IMG/VR virus record: IMGVR_UViG_3300025889_000073
Span: 96,001 to 160,000 of that record
Length of the DNA: 64,000 nucleotides
DNA from: a virus
Strand: one strand, 5' to 3'
Shown here: positions 30,870 to 41,118 of the stretch, piece after piece
Layout of the letters: every line of letters begins with the position of its first letter
How positions within the stretch are numbered: the stretch's first letter is position 1
Notes under the pieces: generated by a model
The model's input: the letters and a program-made list of their open reading frames with translations, nothing else
What the model was told of the DNA's origin: nothing
Database searches by the model: none
Made by a program: the position numbers and the translations under genes

Positions 30870-32639
30870 ATGCACGACCTTGATTTGATGTTACAATACC
30901 AATTTGTTGGTAAAAATAAAGAAGCCCGTGAAATATCGGACAGAATGGAAGAATTAGGACCGAAAAGAGTTACTGATTCTTTTGGTAATAATACAAGTGA
31001 TATTTGGTTGAGACACAAATATAATAGAGGATGGTTTTTATTACAAGAAGGTAATTACCAAGAAGGTTCACAATGTTTAGACGCAGGAAGATTTTTGGGT
31101 GTTTATGGTTCATCTCCACTACCAACGAAATCTCCAATTTTTAATCCTAAAGAAAACAATTTAAAAGATAAAAAAATTGTCATCAATCTTGAAGGTGGTT
31201 TTGGTGATGAAATTATACACGTTAGATTTGCAAAATCGTACAAGGATGCTGGCGCAAGTCAAGTGATTGTTGTTTGTTCTTCAGGTTTAAAAGATGTATT
31301 TTCAAGAATTGATGGTGTAGACCAAGTTGTTTCTAGAAAAGAATTTGATGATACGATTGAACATGATTATTGGATTCCAGGTTTCAGTTCGGGTTGGGTA
31401 GCTGGTCACACTTTTGAAAATTTTCCAAATCAACAATACATTTATCCACTTGATGAATATGTGAATAAATGGGAAAATAAAATGCCCAAAAATGAAAAGG
31501 TGAAAATTGGAATAAGATGGGCAGGTAATCCTAAATTTGAACATCAACAATTCAGAAAGTTTCCAGTTGATTTTATAACCAATTTAAAAAAATATAATGA
31601 ACTAGAACTCTATAGTTTTCAAAAAGACCACAATACAATTGATTTACCGGATTCAATTGTAGATTTACAACATGAACTTGAAACTTGGGATGATACAATT
31701 GGTGCATTAAAACAATTAGATTTATTAATTACATCTTGTACATCTTTGGCACATTTAGCTGGTGCATTGGGTATAAAAACTTGGGTTGTTGTCCCTATTT
31801 TACCTTATCATCCTTGGGCATGGAAATCACCCGAATCAACAAAATCTCCTTATTATCAAACAGTAAAAATTTTTAGACAAGAAGAATATAGGAAATGGAA
31901 CACAACTTGGCAAAAATTATATTCTGAACTAGAAGAAGAATACAGTTTAAAAAATGTAGATTTACCCAATTGTGATAAAGAATACAAAAAAATAAATCTT
32001 GGATGTGGTTTAGAGCAATATCAGGATTGTATCAATGTTGATAAAGAAGAAATTCTACAACCAGATGTTGTATTTGATTTAAATGAAAAAAAATGGCCTT
32101 GGAAAGACGATGAGTTTTCTTTTATTTCGGCAAAAAATATTTTACAGTATTTAAATAATCCAGAAGATACTATAAAAGAAATGTATAGAATAAGTGAAAA
32201 TGGAGCTTTATGGGAAATTAAAGTGCCTGATCCAGCTGCTTATACTTCAGATAGTGAAATCAATTCCACAAGAAAATTTGGTTTAGAATATTTTGAAAAT
32301 TTTGACCAAAGAAAGTTAATGGATAATAAAATAGTAAAAGGTTATATAGATAATCTATTTGCATATAAAGAAAAAATTGATTTCGAAATTGTTGATGTTT
32401 CTTTTGAATATCATCCAGAAATTATAAGAAAAATGAATTCTGGAGTTATTCAGTTGGAACACGTTATGGAAATGCAAAGAACTTTGAGAAATATTAATTT
32501 ATATACAACAATTTTAATACAAGTAAATAAGATACCTAGATATAAAGATGAAGAATTTGAAAATAAACTTAAAGATATAATTCAAAAAAAAGGTAAAAAT
32601 CTTCAGTTTGGTATTGGAGTTAATAAAATTTTAAATTAA
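30870..32639 (+). CDS. GT-B (GT9-like) glycosyltransferase fused to a C-terminal SAM-methyltransferase-like domain
   Basis: EGGFGDEI...RF, IGIRWAGNP and LDLLITSCTSLAHLAGALG motifs, followed by KINLGCG...INVD...DL....WPWKD...EMYRI...G. Confidence 0.8.
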   Translation: MHDLDLMLQYQFVGKNKEAREISDRMEELGPKRVTDSFGNNTSDIWLRHKYNRGWFLLQEGNYQEGSQCLDAGRFLGVYGSSPLPTKSPIFNPKENNLKDKKIVINLEGGFGDEIIHVRFAKSYKDAGASQVIVVCSSGLKDVFSRIDGVDQVVSRKEFDDTIEHDYWIPGFSSGWVAGHTFENFPNQQYIYPLDEYVNKWENKMPKNEKVKIGIRWAGNPKFEHQQFRKFPVDFITNLKKYNELELYSFQKDHNTIDLPDSIVDLQHELETWDDTIGALKQLDLLITSCTSLAHLAGALGIKTWVVVPILPYHPWAWKSPESTKSPYYQTVKIFRQEEYRKWNTTWQKLYSELEEEYSLKNVDLPNCDKEYKKINLGCGLEQYQDCINVDKEEILQPDVVFDLNEKKWPWKDDEFSFISAKNILQYLNNPEDTIKEMYRISENGALWEIKVPDPAAYTSDSEINSTRKFGLEYFENFDQRKLMDNKIVKGYIDNLFAYKEKIDFEIVDVSFEYHPEIIRKMNSGVIQLEHVMEMQRTLRNINLYTTILIQVNKIPRYKDEEFENKLKDIIQKKGKNLQFGIGVNKILN

Positions 32640-32641
32640 TT

Positions 32642-33343
32642 ATGGAAACATTATTTTATTCTTACGATAGAGAAATTGAAAACTCTTATATTATAACCTT
32701 AAAAGGTAACGAAAATTCAGAAAGATTATCGAAACAATGTCAAGAATCTTGTGATAAAGTTGGCCAAAGATATAAAATATGGGAAGCATATAATGGAATA
32801 GAAAACAAAATTGTTGTTCCAGAACATATGAAAAATAGTGATTTTATGAAACTATTAAAAGTTTCTGACCACTATCTTACACGGGGTGAAGTTGCTTGTG
32901 CATTGAGTCATATTAGTCTTTGGGTTCATTGTGTTAAACTTGATAGGCCAATTGTAATATTTGAACACGATGCTGTTTTATTAAAAGCTTTTGAACACCA
33001 CAATTTTTATAATTCTATTGTGTTTTTAGGTAGTGCAGAGTGGGTAGAAAAAAACTGGCCAGTGACTCCTATTCCACCACACGGTACTGATGGCCATAAT
33101 AAACATTTTATTTGTAGAGCTCATGCATATTCCATTGACCCACCAATTGCAAAAAATTTATTATCTCATGTTTTAAAAATGGGTATTTGTGACCCACTAG
33201 ATATAATGATGAGGGCAGATTTGTTTAATATAAGTCACGAAGGAGTTTATGCTTATGACAAATCTGAACCAAAAAATACAACGATTATGTCTAGACCTAG
33301 TGAAGGTAGAACGACCAAAAGAAATGACCGCCTGATGTATTGA
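32642..33343 (+). CDS. Glycosyltransferase, family 25-like
   Basis: YIITL, LT.GEVACALSH..LW, IFEHDA and AHAY.I motifs. Confidence 0.8.
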   Translation: METLFYSYDREIENSYIITLKGNENSERLSKQCQESCDKVGQRYKIWEAYNGIENKIVVPEHMKNSDFMKLLKVSDHYLTRGEVACALSHISLWVHCVKLDRPIVIFEHDAVLLKAFEHHNFYNSIVFLGSAEWVEKNWPVTPIPPHGTDGHNKHFICRAHAYSIDPPIAKNLLSHVLKMGICDPLDIMMRADLFNISHEGVYAYDKSEPKNTTIMSRPSEGRTTKRNDRLMY

Positions 33344-33357
33344 CGTTTTTGGTAAAG

Positions 33358-33365
33358 CATAAATA
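33358..33365 (+). promoter_or_regulatory. T4-type late promoter (CATAAATA) before gp13
   Basis: Intergenic TAAATA core followed by a GGGAG Shine-Dalgarno. Confidence 0.55.
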
Positions 33366-33391
33366 CTCAGATAACCATAGGGAGTTTATTC

Positions 33392-34345
33392 ATGGCCATT
33401 AGCACTAGGTCTCAATTTAAAGACTATTGTTTAAGAAGATTAGGCCATCCGGTCATACAAATCAATGTAGATGATGACCAGGTGGAAGACCGTATTGATG
33501 ATGCACTTCAATTTTTTCACGATTACCATTTTGATGGATGTGAAAAAATCTACATGAAACACCAATTTACACAAGAAGATATTGATAGAAGATGGATTTA
33601 TTGTCCTGATGCTGTTCTTTTTGTTACTGGTGTTATGCCTTTTGACGATTCAAATTCTTCTATCAATATGTTCGATTTAAGATATCAGCTTAGATTACAT
33701 GACCTCTATGACTTCACATCGGTTTCTTATGTTTCTTATGAGATTACCATGCAACACATTCGCACTTTGAATTTGTTGTTTTCTGGTACACCACAATTTA
33801 GATTTAATCGTCACCAAAATAAAGTATTTTTAGACATTGATTGGGAAAGAGATGCTCAATTAGGTAAATATGTTGTTATTGAGTGTTATAGAAAATTAGA
33901 ACCAACATCAATAACTTTAACAGGCACCATTACTGGCACAGTTTCTTCTAATACATTAACCGGCACATCAACAGTTTTTGACCAAGAAATTATTGAGAAC
34001 GACTTTATTACATTATCTGACGGTCAACAAGTTCAAGTTCGTAAAATCAATTCACCTACTGAAATAGAAATATCAAATGCTTTAAGTTCTGATGTAACTG
34101 CAAATACTATGGTTAAAGCAGGCGTGTCTGATGTTTGGGAAGATAGATTTTTAAAGAGATATGCAACAGCTCTAATCAAATATCAATGGGGTACCAATCT
34201 ATCTAAGTTTGCTGGTATTCAAATGCCAGGTGGTGTGACTTTAGATGGTCCGAGAATTATGGAAGAAGCAAGAACAGAAATTGATAAAGTCGAAGAAGAA
34301 ATGCAATCATACAATGTTTTACCCAACGACTTCATAATGGGATAA
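33392..34345 (+). CDS. gp13: Neck protein gp13
   Basis: YCLRRLG.PVI.INV.DDQ+EDRIDDALQ and KYQWG.NL.KF.G+Q+PGGVTLDG motifs. Confidence 0.95.
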   Translation: MAISTRSQFKDYCLRRLGHPVIQINVDDDQVEDRIDDALQFFHDYHFDGCEKIYMKHQFTQEDIDRRWIYCPDAVLFVTGVMPFDDSNSSINMFDLRYQLRLHDLYDFTSVSYVSYEITMQHIRTLNLLFSGTPQFRFNRHQNKVFLDIDWERDAQLGKYVVIECYRKLEPTSITLTGTITGTVSSNTLTGTSTVFDQEIIENDFITLSDGQQVQVRKINSPTEIEISNALSSDVTANTMVKAGVSDVWEDRFLKRYATALIKYQWGTNLSKFAGIQMPGGVTLDGPRIMEEARTEIDKVEEEMQSYNVLPNDFIMG

Positions 34346-34348
34346 ACA

Positions 34349-35251
34349 ATGCCTACTAATTTCTATTTCAATAATTTTCCAGCCAACCATGTAACGCAAG
34401 AACAACTTCTTGTCGAAGATTTGGTCATTGAATCCATGCAAATTCATGGAATGGATGTGTTTTATCTTCCTAGAACAACAAGAGACCAAGTAGATTATCT
34501 TTATGGAGAAGATACACTCAAACAATATGTATCCGCATATCCTATTGAAATGTATTTGGAAAATGTTACTGGTATGGATGGAGAAGGAGATTTTGTTTCT
34601 AAATTTGGTTTAGAAATTAGAGATGAAGTTTCTTTATTAGTTTCTCGCCGTAGATTTGCATATCAAGTTGGTCAAAACATAATTAGACCTAGAGAAGGTG
34701 ATTTGATTTATATACCATTAGTAGAAAACTTTTTTGAAATTACTTTTGTTGAACACGAAAACGACCAGGCTATGTTTTATACATTGGGTCGTGGCCGTGG
34801 TGGTAATGTTTATGTTTATTCACTAAAAATGAAACAGTTTGTGTTCTCAAATGAATTGATATCAACAGGAATAAGTGAGATTGATGAACAAATTCGTGAC
34901 AATTATTCTAGAACAAGATTAACTGTGGATACTGGTGGTAGTGGAAACTATAAACAAGATGAAATTATTTACCAAGGAACAGATTTGGCCAATGCTACAG
35001 CAACAGCTGTTGTACATACTTGGGATTACCATACTAAAGCATTAGACATTTATCGGGTGATTGGTACTTTTGCTGGGTCATCGTCAATCATTGGCGACGA
35101 AAGTGGCGCAATTTGGACACAAACAGGTGCAGCTGACGATACTGTATTTGATAATAATGTGTTTGAGGACATTGTTGACAATACCAGAATTGAAACGGAA
35201 GCGGATTCAATAATCGACTTTTCAGAAATTAACCCATTTGGTGAACCATAA
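34349..35251 (+). CDS. gp14: Neck protein gp14
   Basis: EQ.LVEDLV.ES+...G.DV.YLPR, SKFGLEI.DE, RP.EGDLIY.P, FEI.FVE and DFSE.NPFG motifs. Confidence 0.95.
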   Translation: MPTNFYFNNFPANHVTQEQLLVEDLVIESMQIHGMDVFYLPRTTRDQVDYLYGEDTLKQYVSAYPIEMYLENVTGMDGEGDFVSKFGLEIRDEVSLLVSRRRFAYQVGQNIIRPREGDLIYIPLVENFFEITFVEHENDQAMFYTLGRGRGGNVYVYSLKMKQFVFSNELISTGISEIDEQIRDNYSRTRLTVDTGGSGNYKQDEIIYQGTDLANATATAVVHTWDYHTKALDIYRVIGTFAGSSSIIGDESGAIWTQTGAADDTVFDNNVFEDIVDNTRIETEADSIIDFSEINPFGEP

Positions 35252-36294
35252 TGTTAGGCAAAAACCATTTTTATAACCGAACAATAAGAAAAGTCGTTGT
35301 GGCTTTTGGTACTATTTTCAATGATATCTATTTGCAAAGATATTCGAAAGATGGTAATACTGCATACGAAAAATTTAAAGTACCTCTTTCTTATGGGTCC
35401 AAAGAAAAATATATCACACGAATTACATCAGACCCGAATTTAACAAAATCTGTCAATACATTGGTGCCTAGAATTTCTTTTGAGTTGACAGGTTTTAATT
35501 ATGATAGTTCCAGAAAACAAATAAGTTCATTAAGAAATTTTGCAAAAGATTCTACCACAGGAGCTTTGGCAACACAATATGTACCTGTTCCTTATGATTT
35601 TACATTTTCGTTATCCATTTATGTACGAAACACAGAAGATGGTACACAAATTATAGAACAAATTTTGCCTTTTTTTACACCAGATTTTAGTGTAACGGTT
35701 GATTTTATACCTGATATGAATCAGAAATATGACATACCTATCATACTGAATTCAGTATCAACATCAACCGATTATGAAGGCGACATGATGACAACTCGCT
35801 TAATAACATGGGATTTGGAATTTACGGTCAAAGGTTATATCTGGCCAGCAGTAATTAATCCTTCTGGTTTAATTGGCGATTCTTATGCCAATACAAGTGC
35901 TCCTGGTGGAGTTTCTTATGGCAGAGTTATTACCAATCTATATGAAGAAACTCAAAACAAATCAGCACAAAAAGTTGTTGTTGATTATGCAAATGGAAAC
36001 AATTACTTTTCAACTTCAGAAACAATTAGAGTTGAAAGTAAAGGAATAACTGGAAAAATAATTTATTTTAGTAATAGTAGTAGTGGCATATTAATTGCTG
36101 GTGAGTTGAATCAGCTTTTGGAAGTTGGTGATATAGTGCGTGGCGATTATACTGGTGCTAAATATACCATAACATCACTGGATAGTTCTCCAGTAAAATC
36201 AGTATCAATAATCACAACGACAGTACCTGAAGATTCTGATCCAGATGATGAATTTGGATTTGCAGAAACTATTAATGAATGGCCAAATGCATGA
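35251..36294 (+). CDS. gp15: Tail sheath stabiliser / tail terminator gp15
   Basis: FY...IRK.V+AFG..FN, VPL.Y..KEK, PR+SFE and QI+EQILPFF.P motifs. Confidence 0.93.
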   Translation: MLGKNHFYNRTIRKVVVAFGTIFNDIYLQRYSKDGNTAYEKFKVPLSYGSKEKYITRITSDPNLTKSVNTLVPRISFELTGFNYDSSRKQISSLRNFAKDSTTGALATQYVPVPYDFTFSLSIYVRNTEDGTQIIEQILPFFTPDFSVTVDFIPDMNQKYDIPIILNSVSTSTDYEGDMMTTRLITWDLEFTVKGYIWPAVINPSGLIGDSYANTSAPGGVSYGRVITNLYEETQNKSAQKVVVDYANGNNYFSTSETIRVESKGITGKIIYFSNSSSGILIAGELNQLLEVGDIVRGDYTGAKYTITSLDSSPVKSVSIITTTVPEDSDPDDEFGFAETINEWPNA

Positions 36295-36698
36295 TGGAAA
36301 AATTAAACAAAAACTTATCCGAAGCTTTAGAATTGGAACCAATCAAGTTTGGTTCTGACGAAAACTTACCTGTTTATTCAAATAAACAAGAACCTATACA
36401 AGACGATTCCGAATTCGCCAGACACAACATTCGTGAATTGATTGAAAAGGGTAATGTTGCGATTGATAATCTCCTACACGTTGCTAAAGAATCTGAACAC
36501 CCTAGAGCTTATGAAGTCGCAGCAGGTTTAATTAAAAATTTATCTGACTTAAACAAAGATTTGTTAGAGGTACAGAAAAGAAAACAAGATTTAACTGGTG
36601 AAAAACAAAGTAAAAATATGAATATTGATAAAGCTGTGTTTGTTGGTTCCACTTCAGAATTGGTAAAATTTTTAAAAAACAATAAAGGACAAGAATAA
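36291..36698 (+). CDS. gp16: Terminase small subunit gp16
   Basis: D.E+AR..+, A.ESEHPRAYEV and FVGST.EL motifs; start placed at the ATGA overlap with gp15. Confidence 0.9.
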   Translation: MMEKLNKNLSEALELEPIKFGSDENLPVYSNKQEPIQDDSEFARHNIRELIEKGNVAIDNLLHVAKESEHPRAYEVAAGLIKNLSDLNKDLLEVQKRKQDLTGEKQSKNMNIDKAVFVGSTSELVKFLKNNKGQE

Positions 36699-37132
36699 TG
36701 GAACGATTGATTCAACAGTTAAAGGTTATATTGGGTACAAATTTTAGTTTGTATTTTAAATCACACAGCTTCCATTGGAATGTGGAAGGTGCTGATTTTG
36801 TACAGTACCACACTTATCTTGGTGATTTTTACGAAAAAGTTTTTGATAACACCGATATTCTTGCTGAAAAAATTCGAATGTTGGATTCATATGCACCAAC
36901 AGGACTCTCTCGTATGATTGAATTATCAGCAATAGAAGAAACAGAATCGATTCCTGACGCATTAGGTATGTTTAATGAATTAAAGTCTGATAATGATAAG
37001 ATGATTGTACAAATTAAAGCTGGTATAGTTTTGGCAGACCAAGAAAACGAATCTGCGGTTTCAAATTACTTACAAGAACTTTTAGACCAACACCAGAAAC
37101 ACGCATGGTTTTTCCGTAGTATAACGAAATGA
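36698..37132 (+). CDS. dps: Dps (ferritin-like DNA-protection protein)
   Basis: H..HWNV.G..F...H.....+Y......D.LAE+IR.L ferroxidase signature; C-terminal H.K.AW..RS. Confidence 0.9.
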   Translation: MERLIQQLKVILGTNFSLYFKSHSFHWNVEGADFVQYHTYLGDFYEKVFDNTDILAEKIRMLDSYAPTGLSRMIELSAIEETESIPDALGMFNELKSDNDKMIVQIKAGIVLADQENESAVSNYLQELLDQHQKHAWFFRSITK

Positions 37133-38754
37133 CAGAAGGCGGTTATCTTGGTAATGACCGACTAAAAAAAGTTGGTGTTGAAATATCATATACCGAAGAA
37201 CAAGTCAAAGAAATTATAAAATGTTCTGAAGACCCGGTATATTTTATTAAAAACTATGTTCAGATCGTACACGTTGATAGAGGTTTAATACCTTTTGATA
37301 TGTGGCCGTTTCAAGAAGAAATGGTCAAAGATTTCCATGAAAATCGTTTTTCAATTTGTAAGATGCCTCGGCAGGTTGGTAAAACGACTACGACAGTTGG
37401 TTATATGTTGTGGTGTGTTTTATTCCAAGATGAATACACGATTGCAATTTTGGCCAACAAAGGCGCCTTAGCTCAAGAAATACTTTCACGTTTACAGAAA
37501 GCTTATGAATATTTACCACTTTGGTTACAACAAGGTATCATTACTTGGAACAAAAGAAGTGTTGAACTGGAAAACGGTTCAAAAATTTATGCTTATGCAA
37601 CATCCGCAGCTGGTGTTCGTGGTGGCACATACAACTTAATATTTTTAGACGAATTTGCTTTCGTGCCTAAGAATATGGCAGACGATTTCTTTACGTCTAC
37701 TTACCCTGTTATTTCTTCTGGTCAAACGACAAAAGTTATCATTGTTTCAACCCCTTATGGTCTAAACCACTTTTATAAGATGTGGGTCGATGCGTCTGAA
37801 AGTCGTTCTCTTTACAAGCCAATTGAAGTTCATTGGTCGCAAGTTCCTGGCCGTGATGCTAAATGGCGTGAAGAAACCATAAGAAATACCAGTGAAGAAC
37901 AGTTTCGCCAAGAATTTGAGACTGAGTTCATTGGTTCATCGGCAACTTTAATATCTGGTGCTAAATTAAGAAGTCTGGCATTTTTTAATCCTTTATCTTC
38001 CGATGATAATTTAGACATTTATGAACAACCCAAACCCGGACATTTGTATATCTGTACGGTGGATTGTTCAGAAGGTGTTGAACAGGATTATTCAACTATA
38101 AATGTTCTTGATGTTTCCCAAACTCCATATAAACAAGTTGCTAAATACCGAAACAATAAATTACCATTATTGTTTTTTCCAACAATCATTTACTCGATTG
38201 CAAATAGATTCAATGAAGCGTTTGTTTTAATTGAGACAAATAATGTTGGCCAACAAGTTGTAGATATATTACACTATGACTTAGAATACGAAAATGTTTA
38301 TAAAATTGACCATCATCACATAAAAGGACAAACAATATCGGGTGGATTCAAACGAGCGGCCAGTTTTGGTATTAAAACCACCAAATCAGTTAAAAAAATT
38401 GGTTGTGCAAACCTCAAAACTCTAATAGAAACTGACAAATTAATCATTAATGATTTTGACACTATTGCAGAACTGAACACATTTACAAGAATCCGAGATA
38501 CATACCAAGCAGAAGAAGGTAATAACGATGACTTAGTAATGGGTTTAGTACTGTTTGCATGGCTAACCGCACAGTCATACTTCAGAGATTCTACGAATAT
38601 TGACATTCGTAGAGTACTTATAGAAGAATATAATATGGCCGAAGAAGAAAATATCACTCCTGTAGGTTTTATCGAAGATGGACGAAAAGAAGAAATTATA
38701 AATGATGGATATGACATTTGGACTGAAAGAGGTTATCCATCTTCAATTTTATAA
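37129..38754 (+). CDS. gp17: Terminase large subunit gp17
   Basis: Walker A PRQVGKTT, Walker B IFLDEFAF, VSTP.G.NHFY, F.QEFE and DDLVM motifs. Confidence 0.97.
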   Translation: MTEGGYLGNDRLKKVGVEISYTEEQVKEIIKCSEDPVYFIKNYVQIVHVDRGLIPFDMWPFQEEMVKDFHENRFSICKMPRQVGKTTTTVGYMLWCVLFQDEYTIAILANKGALAQEILSRLQKAYEYLPLWLQQGIITWNKRSVELENGSKIYAYATSAAGVRGGTYNLIFLDEFAFVPKNMADDFFTSTYPVISSGQTTKVIIVSTPYGLNHFYKMWVDASESRSLYKPIEVHWSQVPGRDAKWREETIRNTSEEQFRQEFETEFIGSSATLISGAKLRSLAFFNPLSSDDNLDIYEQPKPGHLYICTVDCSEGVEQDYSTINVLDVSQTPYKQVAKYRNNKLPLLFFPTIIYSIANRFNEAFVLIETNNVGQQVVDILHYDLEYENVYKIDHHHIKGQTISGGFKRAASFGIKTTKSVKKIGCANLKTLIETDKLIINDFDTIAELNTFTRIRDTYQAEEGNNDDLVMGLVLFAWLTAQSYFRDSTNIDIRRVLIEEYNMAEEENITPVGFIEDGRKEEIINDGYDIWTERGYPSSIL

Positions 38755-38815
38755 AACACTAAATAGTATATCAAGAAATCTTAAATTGACCCTGTAAAAA
38801 CATAAGGAGAAATCC

Positions 38816-40501
38816 ATGGCATTCCAATTATCACCTGGGGTAAACGTATCTGAGATTGACCTCACTACGGTTGTCCCCGCAGTCGCCACTTCAACTGGCG
38901 CAATTGCTGGAAATTTTGCATGGGGTCCAGTCAATGAAATAGTTACCATTTCTGACGAGGTTCGCCTAGCAGACACATTTGGTAAACCTAATGAAGATAA
39001 TTATGAACACTGGTTCTCAGCATCAAACTTCCTATCATATTCTAATAATTTAAAAGTTGTTCGAGCTGCCGGCTCCGGAGCATTAAATGCTGGTTCCAAT
39101 TCAACCGGAGTACTTGTCGGTAATGATGATGAATATTCAAGTGCTACACTCACTCTAGTCACCCACGGCGAATGGATTGCAAGATTTCCTGGTGAACTAG
39201 GCAATTCACTTAGTGTTGAGATGGTAGACAGCAACACAATTACCACCTTGGCCAATAGTGGTCTGGACAAATTTGTTCCTTCTGCTGCACCTGGAACATC
39301 TACTTGGGTAAATGCACAAGGAGGTTCGGATGATGAACTGCACGTTATTGTAATTGATGCTCAAGGCAAATTTACTGGTGTGGCAGGACAAGTTTTAGAA
39401 ACATTCCTTTATGTCTCTAAAGCTTCTGATGCTAAAGATGATTATGGTAATACAAATTATTACGCTCAAGTCATAAACAATAGGTCGAAATATATCCGTT
39501 GGGCTGCCCACACAGATTTGACGACGGCCGCCGAAAGTTGGGGAAATACAGCTGCCAATGTAACATTTGCTAACCTGACTTCAAATGTTACATCAATATT
39601 AAATGGTGGTGCTGATGGTACTTACAGTTCTGGAAATACTGTAACAGGTTTAGGTTTGTTTGCATCGGCTGAAGCTGTTGACGTTTCGTTGTTAATTGGT
39701 GGTCCTGCCGATTCGACTGTTGTTAGTGAACTACACGATATTGTCGAATCCAGAAAAGATTGTCTTGCTTTCATTTCACCAGAAAAAGCTGATGTTGTAA
39801 ACAATGCTGGTTCTGAAGCAACAGACGCTATTGCATATCGTGATGGCTTAACATCATCTTCTTTTTTGGTGATGGATTCAAATTGGAAATATCAATACGA
39901 CAAGTACAACGACAAGTATCGTTGGATTCCTTGTAACGCTGATGTTGCTGGTGCTTGTGCAAGAACAGACCAGCAACGTGACCCATGGTACTCGCCAGGT
40001 GGTTTAAATCGAGGTATACTTAAAAATGTTATTAAGTTGGCATGGAATCCAAATCAAGCCGACCGTGATAACCTCTACCAAAAAGGTATCAACCCAATAG
40101 TTTCTTTTGCTGGTGAAGGTACAGTTCTGTTTGGTGACAAAACAATGTTGTCTAAGCCTTCTGCATTTGACCGCATTAATGTTCGCCGGCTGTTTATTGT
40201 ACTTGAGAAAGCAATTTCCCGTGCTGCACGGTACTCAATGTTTGAATTTAATGACCAATTCACAAGAGCACAGTTTGTAAATTTGGTCGAACCATTCTTG
40301 CGTGATGTACAAGGCCGCCGTGGTATTACCGACTTCCGTGTTGTTTGTGACGAATCCAATAATACTGGACAAGTTATTGACCGTAACGAATTTGTTGGTG
40401 ATATCTACATTAAGCCCGCACGTTCTATTAACTTTATCCAACTCAACTTTGTTGCGGTTCGCACAGGCGTATCGTTTAATGAAGTTGTAGGACAGTTCTA
40501 A
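38816..40501 (+). CDS. gp18: Tail sheath protein gp18
   Basis: SPGV...EIDLT, W+SP.G.NRG, FDRINVRRLF and IKP.RSINFI.L.FVA motifs. Confidence 0.97.
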   Translation: MAFQLSPGVNVSEIDLTTVVPAVATSTGAIAGNFAWGPVNEIVTISDEVRLADTFGKPNEDNYEHWFSASNFLSYSNNLKVVRAAGSGALNAGSNSTGVLVGNDDEYSSATLTLVTHGEWIARFPGELGNSLSVEMVDSNTITTLANSGLDKFVPSAAPGTSTWVNAQGGSDDELHVIVIDAQGKFTGVAGQVLETFLYVSKASDAKDDYGNTNYYAQVINNRSKYIRWAAHTDLTTAAESWGNTAANVTFANLTSNVTSILNGGADGTYSSGNTVTGLGLFASAEAVDVSLLIGGPADSTVVSELHDIVESRKDCLAFISPEKADVVNNAGSEATDAIAYRDGLTSSSFLVMDSNWKYQYDKYNDKYRWIPCNADVAGACARTDQQRDPWYSPGGLNRGILKNVIKLAWNPNQADRDNLYQKGINPIVSFAGEGTVLFGDKTMLSKPSAFDRINVRRLFIVLEKAISRAARYSMFEFNDQFTRAQFVNLVEPFLRDVQGRRGITDFRVVCDESNNTGQVIDRNEFVGDIYIKPARSINFIQLNFVAVRTGVSFNEVVGQF

Positions 40502-40526
40502 ATATAAGAGAAACAGGAGAAAATAA

Positions 40527-41072
40527 ATGGCATTAAATATTAACGAATTTAGAAGCCAAATGACTGGTGACGGTGCCCGTCCCAATCTATTTGAAGTTTC
40601 TATGCCGTTTCCTGGGTTCTCAGCACCAGGAACAGCACAATCAAAATTAACTTTCCAATGTAAGACGGCTCAATTGCCTGGCGCCACAATTGGTGTGGTG
40701 CCTGTACAGTATTTTGGACGTGAGTTAAAGTTTGCAGGTAACAGAACATTCGCTGACTGGACAATCACAGTTATTAATGATGAAGATTTTGTCATTCGTA
40801 ACGCCTTTGAGCGTTGGATGAATGGAATCAATTCACACAATTTGAATGTTCGTAACCCAGCTGCTTTATCTCCGTTAGGATATACTGTTGATGGAGAAGT
40901 CACACAATTTGGTAAACAAGGCGACACCTTGAAAAAATACAAATTTGTTGGTTTATTTCCAACAGATTTGACACCGATTGATGTTGACTGGGGTTCAAAT
41001 GATACAATTGAGGAGTTTTCTGTAACTCTGACGTATCAATGGTGGGAATCCGTAGCCGATAATGTGGTTTAA
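40527..41072 (+). CDS. gp19: Tail tube protein gp19
   Basis: GARPNLFEV, GR..K.AG.RTF..WT+T+.ND and IEEF.VT motifs. Confidence 0.96.
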   Translation: MALNINEFRSQMTGDGARPNLFEVSMPFPGFSAPGTAQSKLTFQCKTAQLPGATIGVVPVQYFGRELKFAGNRTFADWTITVINDEDFVIRNAFERWMNGINSHNLNVRNPAALSPLGYTVDGEVTQFGKQGDTLKKYKFVGLFPTDLTPIDVDWGSNDTIEEFSVTLTYQWWESVADNVV

Positions 41073-41104
41073 ATATTGGGGGGATTTTTCCCCAATATTA
41101 TTTT
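41072..41104 (+). terminator. Intrinsic terminator-like hairpin after gp19
   Basis: AATATTGGGG / CCCCAATATT stem followed by ATTTT. Confidence 0.7.
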
Positions 41105-41118
41105 AGGATGATAAACAT

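Noticed and set aside
33358-33390. Possible hairpin pairing the late promoter region with the gp13 Shine-Dalgarno (ATAAA..CTC / GAGTTTAT)
   Set aside because: Weak, AT-rich and bulged; not distinguishable from chance.
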